DNA of 32,000 nucleotides from Desulfocapsa sulfexigens DSM 10523 (GTDB lineage Bacteria; Desulfobacterota; Desulfobulbia; Desulfobulbales; Desulfocapsaceae): NCBI RefSeq assembly GCF_000341395.1, contig NC_020304.1, positions 810,001 to 842,000 of the forward strand, read 5' to 3'. Shown piece by piece: positions 26,491 to 32,000 of this stretch (position 1 is its first letter; each line of letters starts with the position of its first letter). The notes under the pieces were generated by a model. It saw only the letters and a program-made list of their open reading frames with translations, ran no database searches and was not told where the DNA came from. The position numbers and the translations under genes were made by a program.

Positions 26491-27468
26491 TTACTGCCTT
26501 TGAACAGATTCACCTAAAACAAAACCAACTTGCTTCTGGTAGGCTACCTTATACCATTCACCATGTTGTGAAATAACCTGCAATACAGTATCAGCAGGAA
26601 TTTTTGCAAGTACAGCAGCATAAATAGTATTTTCCAATTGTAGATAGGTCACACCAATTGTTTTAATATACGTAGGTATACTTTCTTCAGCATATTCTTC
26701 TGAAATTTCAATATCTGCCACGTCGACGGAAGACTTTTGTGATATATATTCAGCGCTTGCGTGCAATCCGAGAGCATTCAAGGTCGCATTGTCTAAGCGA
26801 CCTGTCACCAATAGGTTATGATCTCTCTGGTACTTTTCAAGGGCAATTCTTGTGTTTCTTCCCATCAGACCATCAGCCGTCCCTGGATTATAGTCTTGCT
26901 GTATCAGCAACTCCTGAACAGATTTCAGTTGGGGATTGTAATGTCTTTTTACACCGGAAATTATCCCTCTGTATTCCCTTGCAGGTGGTTTCCAGCTTTT
27001 CAAATAACAAAAAGAGTCGGAAGTAGTGTAGTCAAATGCCTGACATTGTGAATCCTGAGTGCAATTTTCTGAGCATTGTTGAACACTTTGCACACGAAAA
27101 CTTCTATAATCACCACCAGGACGTTGTATGTCATATCGAATATCCATATCTATACTAGTTGCGTCCACAGAGGGCTTCTCTGGAGAACCTGAGCGCTTAA
27201 AACCAGAAACAACCCCGGCATAATACCTTGCCGAATAGGCCCTGTTTTTTAACCAGCATGAGTTATCACTCTTGTAGAAATCAAATGCTTGACAGCGACG
27301 AGATTTTTCACATTTTTGAGCACATGCCTCAGCACTTGCTGCTCTAAAACTAGTATAATCACCGCCAGGTCGTTGGGAATCGAGTTCGAGGTCAATAGAG
27401 TTGTATGCTTCTGCGAAAGCAGATGGCAAAAAAACAGCAAACAATATAATTACAATCAGTTTTATCAT
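26491..27468 (-). CDS. Secreted protein with two tandem PAN/Apple-like domains, a PG_binding_1 domain and a C-terminal SH3b-like domain
   Basis: AGGAG lies 5 nt before ATG 27468. The signal peptide is MIKLIVIILFAVFLPSAFA. The two repeats are PGGDYTSFRAASAEACAQKCEKSRRCQAFDFYKSDNSCWLKN and PGGDYRSFRVQSVQQCSENCTQDSQCQAFDYTTSDSFCYLKS. The PG-binding motif is GTADGLMGRNTRIALEKYQRDHNLLVTGRLD. The SH3-like end is ..VLQVISQHGEWYKVAYQKQVGFV... Confidence 0.7.
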   Translation of the reverse strand: MIKLIVIILFAVFLPSAFAEAYNSIDLELDSQRPGGDYTSFRAASAEACAQKCEKSRRCQAFDFYKSDNSCWLKNRAYSARYYAGVVSGFKRSGSPEKPSVDATSIDMDIRYDIQRPGGDYRSFRVQSVQQCSENCTQDSQCQAFDYTTSDSFCYLKSWKPPAREYRGIISGVKRHYNPQLKSVQELLIQQDYNPGTADGLMGRNTRIALEKYQRDHNLLVTGRLDNATLNALGLHASAEYISQKSSVDVADIEISEEYAEESIPTYIKTIGVTYLQLENTIYAAVLAKIPADTVLQVISQHGEWYKVAYQKQVGFVLGESVQRQ

Positions 27469-27706
27469 ATTTTCTCCTCTAGTGACCTTATCCATTACTC
27501 AGCAAAATGTTATTATTTTAGTCCATTACAATACCATTTCCCCATCTTTGGAAATGACGTATTAAGACGATCTGACAGGATCTGCTTTTTCTGATTCTTG
27601 ATTCTAAAATCCCAGTGTTCACCGTAATAACTTGATACTGCGTGAGGAGTTGGTGTGTCACCTCTGTCAGCATGATTATGTGAAATAATCATTTCATATC
27701 CGTACG

Positions 27707-30700
27707 TTAAAAGTTTGAAATGATTGTTTGAGCAATTCCAAAAATATCAATGCGTTCATTTGGTGGGATATTGCTTGCATAAACTTGAATTGAAACCCGG
27801 ACATTTTTTTTGATAAAAATCACGTTGCCAACTTGAGTTGGCGCTTGTATTGAACGTCCACCACGTTGTAATGGACGGCTGTCTGTCTCGGAGTAACCAT
27901 ACGCCAGATCGGTTCCAGGCAGATTGAGTTTTTTTATTCGACCCTTATTATCATATTGTTCTTTGTTCTCCTGTAACCTCTTATGCATTTTTTGTATGGC
28001 AGAGCCCCATGATTCGTTTGAATCCGGAAACTCTGCTGAAATATTTACACTTGCTGTGATGGATGCATGAATATTGTTACCCCATTCCCATCTTTTCTTC
28101 AGCGTACGATATTCCCTTTCATGGGACAAATGAATTTTAGCATCGCCTTTAAAGCCATCTAACCCTCTAAACAGTGGACGAACATCTTTCAAAAAATTTT
28201 TATCCGTAAAAGCTACCATCTGTGCAGGAATGGTCATGTGAGCATCCAGATTATCAGCGATTTCGCTATTCAACCGGGAGTCCCAGTATTTCATACGTTC
28301 CTGAAGTTTTGTTTTCTCTTGAGGAGAATCTCCAAAATAGTTATCCCAAAGGTTCGGGTTGTACGGATCCTTAGACCCGGTTGAAAAACGACCATTCTCA
28401 CCAACAATACAGTCCACCCAGCCATCCAATTCCATATAAAAAGGAAAGTTAAAGGCAAAACCTCTAACCTCATTGTGTAATGGATTTTTTAACTTACCAA
28501 TATATGCATCGTGGGCATTTTTTATTTTTATAGGTTGGACATTATAATCCTCGATTTCATTTTCAATAGTTTCCTGTAGCTTCATCTTTTTCCGATAATA
28601 ATCCACCCATGATCCACGAACAGTGATCACATCTTTTACGTACCATATGGTATATTTAACATTCTTTTTTTTCCCATAACTACGATCAACAATAGTGATT
28701 ATTCCTGTCTCTAGCTCTTTGGCACAAAGATCCTTATTTGCTGATCCGAAGACAAGTCTTCCTGTCTCTGAGTACTTGTACGCTTGGTATCCACAATATA
28801 ATTCAGCATGTTCACGTATGGCGCCACCGCGTTCTCTAAACTGGATCTGTTTTGTTATATCATCTATCGAAAGGTTAAAGAGTTTTTCATCTTTCAAATA
28901 TTGCTGATTCGTTTTTTCCGTTGCGGGCGATGTGTCACTGGTGAGTACAGTAGGATTGCTTAAACGCTCAAGGAAGTCCTGTGTCGTTGATATGCTCCTT
29001 CCTAATGAGTCACCAAGCCCTGCAATCTCTGAACCCAGAGATGTCGCATTCTGAATGAAGATAGCAAAATCTGGTGGTATCTCCTCAGTTATTGAAGTGG
29101 ATTTACGCCAGGTGCTGAATTCGAAAGAGATGGTATCCTGCTTCTCGTCCAGCTTAGATAACGAATAATCATCTATCTTGTACTGGAGCACATTCCTAAA
29201 AGCTATTTCCAGATCACTTTTTGTTTTTGGATCTCCATTCCTGTAGAAATATGAAAGCAACTGTTTTGATTGTGCCAGAATGGTATCCTGCTCAATTTTA
29301 AGTGTTTTACCACGCTTGATAATATTGCCGTGCTCTTTTAATTGATTAGCACCCTTTTGGTACAGTTCATTGGCTATCAATGAATCAGCTGCCATCTGCT
29401 GATTCTGCTCACTTGCACCTTCAAGCGCTTTTCCTCCACCAAGCAAAGGCGAAAGAGCACTTGAAATTACATCACACTCATTTTTACGAGCAGTAAGTAC
29501 GGACACCATTTGTTTCAGTTCTTCAATGGTTTTATCCAGATTTTCTGGATCGCCACCATTGGTCTGGTAATGTTCGAGCGTTGTGCTGGCAAGCTTGATT
29601 GTTGTTGCGGTAGCCAGCATCATTTTTTCTGAGTCATCCCTTAATGTTGTAATACGTTCAGCATCCATAAAAGATCTGGCTTTATCAGCGGCCTCAAGTA
29701 ACGAATCTGCACTTATCAAGCTCTGCTCACGTGCCACCGAACGGTTAAAAACTTCAGTATATTGTTTGGTTATATTGTCGAAGTTCTTTATCTTTTCTTC
29801 GGATTCTTGCTGTAGTCTTCTGAATTCAGCTTCTTTAGCTTTGATTTGAGAAAAAAGTGTCTTTAATTTGGAAACTGCTACCTGCCCCTGGCGCTCCTGT
29901 TCGTCTTTATTTTCGGCAATAATACGCTTTGATTCCAAAGTGTCATGAACAATTCCTATGGAAGATTCGGTTAGCTCGTAGACATTCAATGCATCACTGG
30001 CGAGGGGAATACATTTGGCACCATTGTACACACCAACCAGCACCCCTTTTTTTTGTCCTTCCTGGTATGCGTTTACAAAACCACTTAAACCGGAAAGGTT
30101 CATGGCCGCATTCTTCAGGTAGGTACCGGTGTCAAATCGTGTCTCTTTGGTTTCAGTATCATAATAATAGGAATTTTGTCCTGCATCCCAGAGTGAAAGT
30201 ACGCGACCAATAACTCCTCCAGTTTTTTGCACTTTTTTATACGTGTCATGTCCTGCAACGATTTGGGATCTGGTGTTTTTGGCTTCAAGAAGTGCTTTTT
30301 GAGTTGCATTGTGCTGCTTCAGTTTCGCGATGGCCTGTTTTTCAATATATTGCTTTCCTTCTTTGCTATGATTGACTGGAGAGTTAGAAGTATTCCCTGC
30401 TGCTACCAGGTTGTTGAAGCGGGTTGGGTTCGTTTTTGCAGCTTTTAAAATTTTACGTATCTTTTTAATACTCTGCTTATTTTGTTTTTCCTCGCTTTGA
30501 AGTTTTTTAATATACTGTGCATTCCTGTCCAATTTTCCTTTAACAAGATTTTCAGTTAATGCGTCCAGGTGCATTGTATCACTAAACACATCGGTACTCT
30601 TGCCGGTGAGCAGGCTCTTCAAATTGTAATCCTTCAGACTTGCCTTAAACGCCTCACTTTTACTGATAATAAGAGTGGTCTTGTCATTCTGGGTATCTTT

Positions 30701-30850
30701 GTCATTTTGGAGATCTTCCTTTACAAAAGTCTGTTTTTCCGCAGCAACAGATAGTGGTGTGGGAGAGAATCCGAAAACTATACTAAGAGCCAGTAAAACA
30801 CTCAGACAGCTGCTGACAAGAGTTGGGCTCTTGTATAGTTGAGCAATCAT
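27707..30850 (-). CDS. 1047-aa exported protein: signal peptide, long K/E/Q-rich helical (coiled-coil-like) region and an aromatic-rich C-terminal globular region of ~400 aa; no recognisable family
   Basis: AGGAGG lies 6 nt before ATG 30850. The ATG overlaps the TGA of the upstream TPR gene (ATGA, 30847..30850). The N-terminus is ..LVSSCLSVLLALSIVFGFSPTPLSVAA|EKQ. The long ORF is uninterrupted despite its low GC. Confidence 0.8.
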   Translation of the reverse strand: MIAQLYKSPTLVSSCLSVLLALSIVFGFSPTPLSVAAEKQTFVKEDLQNDKDTQNDKTTLIISKSEAFKASLKDYNLKSLLTGKSTDVFSDTMHLDALTENLVKGKLDRNAQYIKKLQSEEKQNKQSIKKIRKILKAAKTNPTRFNNLVAAGNTSNSPVNHSKEGKQYIEKQAIAKLKQHNATQKALLEAKNTRSQIVAGHDTYKKVQKTGGVIGRVLSLWDAGQNSYYYDTETKETRFDTGTYLKNAAMNLSGLSGFVNAYQEGQKKGVLVGVYNGAKCIPLASDALNVYELTESSIGIVHDTLESKRIIAENKDEQERQGQVAVSKLKTLFSQIKAKEAEFRRLQQESEEKIKNFDNITKQYTEVFNRSVAREQSLISADSLLEAADKARSFMDAERITTLRDDSEKMMLATATTIKLASTTLEHYQTNGGDPENLDKTIEELKQMVSVLTARKNECDVISSALSPLLGGGKALEGASEQNQQMAADSLIANELYQKGANQLKEHGNIIKRGKTLKIEQDTILAQSKQLLSYFYRNGDPKTKSDLEIAFRNVLQYKIDDYSLSKLDEKQDTISFEFSTWRKSTSITEEIPPDFAIFIQNATSLGSEIAGLGDSLGRSISTTQDFLERLSNPTVLTSDTSPATEKTNQQYLKDEKLFNLSIDDITKQIQFRERGGAIREHAELYCGYQAYKYSETGRLVFGSANKDLCAKELETGIITIVDRSYGKKKNVKYTIWYVKDVITVRGSWVDYYRKKMKLQETIENEIEDYNVQPIKIKNAHDAYIGKLKNPLHNEVRGFAFNFPFYMELDGWVDCIVGENGRFSTGSKDPYNPNLWDNYFGDSPQEKTKLQERMKYWDSRLNSEIADNLDAHMTIPAQMVAFTDKNFLKDVRPLFRGLDGFKGDAKIHLSHEREYRTLKKRWEWGNNIHASITASVNISAEFPDSNESWGSAIQKMHKRLQENKEQYDNKGRIKKLNLPGTDLAYGYSETDSRPLQRGGRSIQAPTQVGNVIFIKKNVRVSIQVYASNIPPNERIDIFGIAQTIISNF

Positions 30851-32000
30851 TTGACACCTCCTAAAAGCCGGGTTTTGACTTTCTCAACATAGGCTCGTAA
30901 AGCACTATCAAGATTTTTGTCGGCCAGAAGACTGAATGCAATTGACAATGCAGCATCTGTTTCCCCCTGTGCTTCCTGAATGGTGGCAATGGTTAACGCC
31001 AAAACATGGTCATCTCCACGTTGCTGTATATCTTGGCGAATAAGTTCAATTGCACGAGTCTCTTTTTGTGAGGAAAAAGCAACAAAGCTCAGCTGTATAG
31101 CAGCAGCTCTTCGCTGATCGACGGGACAGGATGTCATGCGTTGTTCTGCAAGCGCGAACGCGACTTCAAAATTGCGCAACTGATAATACGCTTCCACTAA
31201 ACGAGCCAGGAGCGGATCTTCCGAAAAAGACTCGAACACTGATTCGTACAGATCAATAGCTAATGCAGTTAAACTTGGAGAATTCACCTCCATATAGGCG
31301 TCTGCCAGATCAACGGTAATTCCGTTATTCTCCGGCAAACCAACTGTTGCTTTTTCAAGATAATCGATGGCACTGAAGAGCTTATCACGGTCTTTTTCAA
31401 CTACAGATTCAGCAAACAAATTCGCACCAATGTCATGCCATTCCAGAGCCTTTTCTGCCATATACTGGTCGCTGAGTTCTTGCTCTTCTTCTGCCTTTTG
31501 TTGTGTTGTACTTTGGGTGGGGGATGTATTTATCTGACTCTGTAACCAATCTGCACGGGCCCCCACATTATGGGCATCTGCGGCATTAGGTGCCAGGACA
31601 CAATATTTTTTGTAAGCCAGAGCTGCCTGGTCGTGTACACCCTGTTTTTCCAGCAGGATACCTAGATTTTTGTATGTCAAAGCATAGTTCTTATCACTCT
31701 CAAGAGCCGAAATATATGCCTGCAATGCTTCATCGAATCTTTCGAGCTTACGCATTACCAGACCGAGATTATTTAGTGTCACTAAACTGGTGGGATCTTT
31801 CTTAAGAGAACGAGAAAGAGAAATTCGTGCTTCTTCTAATTTTCCTTCCCGAGCCAATCTGGTTCCTTGCTTTTGTAATTCACCCGCCGTCAGACTTACC
31901 TGGTTTAAGGGTGGCGCAATGTTTTCTTCCGGGGGCAGTAGAAAAGGAGAGCCACCTGTCGTCGCAGAAGGAGAAGAGGCCTCCGATGTTTTTGGAGGAA
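30847..32000 (-). CDS. TPR-repeat protein (partial; the 5' end lies beyond the window)
   Basis: The frame stays open from 31998 down to the stop at 30847, so the TTG at 31857 in the ORF track is not the real start. The TPR motifs include LGLVMRKLERFDEALQAYISALESDKNYALTYKNLGILLEKQG. Confidence 0.8.
   Translation of the reverse strand, partial: PPKTSEASSPSATTGGSPFLLPPEENIAPPLNQVSLTAGELQKQGTRLAREGKLEEARISLSRSLKKDPTSLVTLNNLGLVMRKLERFDEALQAYISALESDKNYALTYKNLGILLEKQGVHDQAALAYKKYCVLAPNAADAHNVGARADWLQSQINTSPTQSTTQQKAEEEQELSDQYMAEKALEWHDIGANLFAESVVEKDRDKLFSAIDYLEKATVGLPENNGITVDLADAYMEVNSPSLTALAIDLYESVFESFSEDPLLARLVEAYYQLRNFEVAFALAEQRMTSCPVDQRRAAAIQLSFVAFSSQKETRAIELIRQDIQQRGDDHVLALTIATIQEAQGETDAALSIAFSLLADKNLDSALRAYVEKVKTRLLGGVK

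Noticed and set aside
1-32000. I scanned by eye for CRISPR arrays, rRNA and tRNA genes, and integrase or recombinase genes.
   Set aside because: I saw no regularly spaced repeats, no rRNA-like or cloverleaf-like stretches in the intergenic regions, and no ORF with integrase or recombinase motifs. A tRNAscan/Infernal run would be the decisive test.

Overview
This 32-kb window looks like chromosomal DNA from a Gram-negative bacterium. A marine or sediment proteobacterial / Desulfobacterota-type host is only a guess. Hand GC counts on single lines give about 48-52% for typical genes, with local departures. I saw no rRNA, tRNA or CRISPR array.

Left end: part of a proteobacterial dedicated sortase (Pds) locus. 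It holds a VIT+vWA sortase-target gene broken by a frameshift in an A8 run. The first codons of a translationally coupled downstream gene follow (a sortase is expected there). An OmpR-type regulator (pdsR-like) is transcribed divergently. Its presumed partner kinase (pdsS-like, 12478..14670) lies 9.4 kb away.

The DNA between them is a patchwork:
- a RelE/ParE toxin-antitoxin pair
- an ISL3-like transposase remnant
- a ClC channel with CBS and TrkA-C domains
- a ~0.7-kb diverged direct repeat (pyk 3' end plus the first 10 ClC codons) that brackets a GC-richer 3.4-kb module
- inside that module, RegB/RegA-type redox two-component genes and a Tat-exported Cys-rich protein with a heme c motif
- an intact pyruvate kinase

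Middle: an RluA-type pseudouridine synthase fused to an RlmI-like methyltransferase, a membrane protein, a spermidine-synthase-like methyltransferase and a YejM/PbgA-like protein. Then come topoisomerase III (frameshifted in an A7 run), a PilZ protein, and Bcr/CflA MFS and AEC transporters.

Right end (25-32 kb): an AT-rich cluster of exported proteins in which I recognise no catalytic domain. It holds a small secreted protein, a lipoprotein, and a protein with two PAN/Apple domains plus PG-binding and SH3 domains. A 1047-aa signal-peptide coiled-coil protein follows, translationally coupled to a TPR protein. This cluster is my best candidate for an undescribed envelope-associated system.
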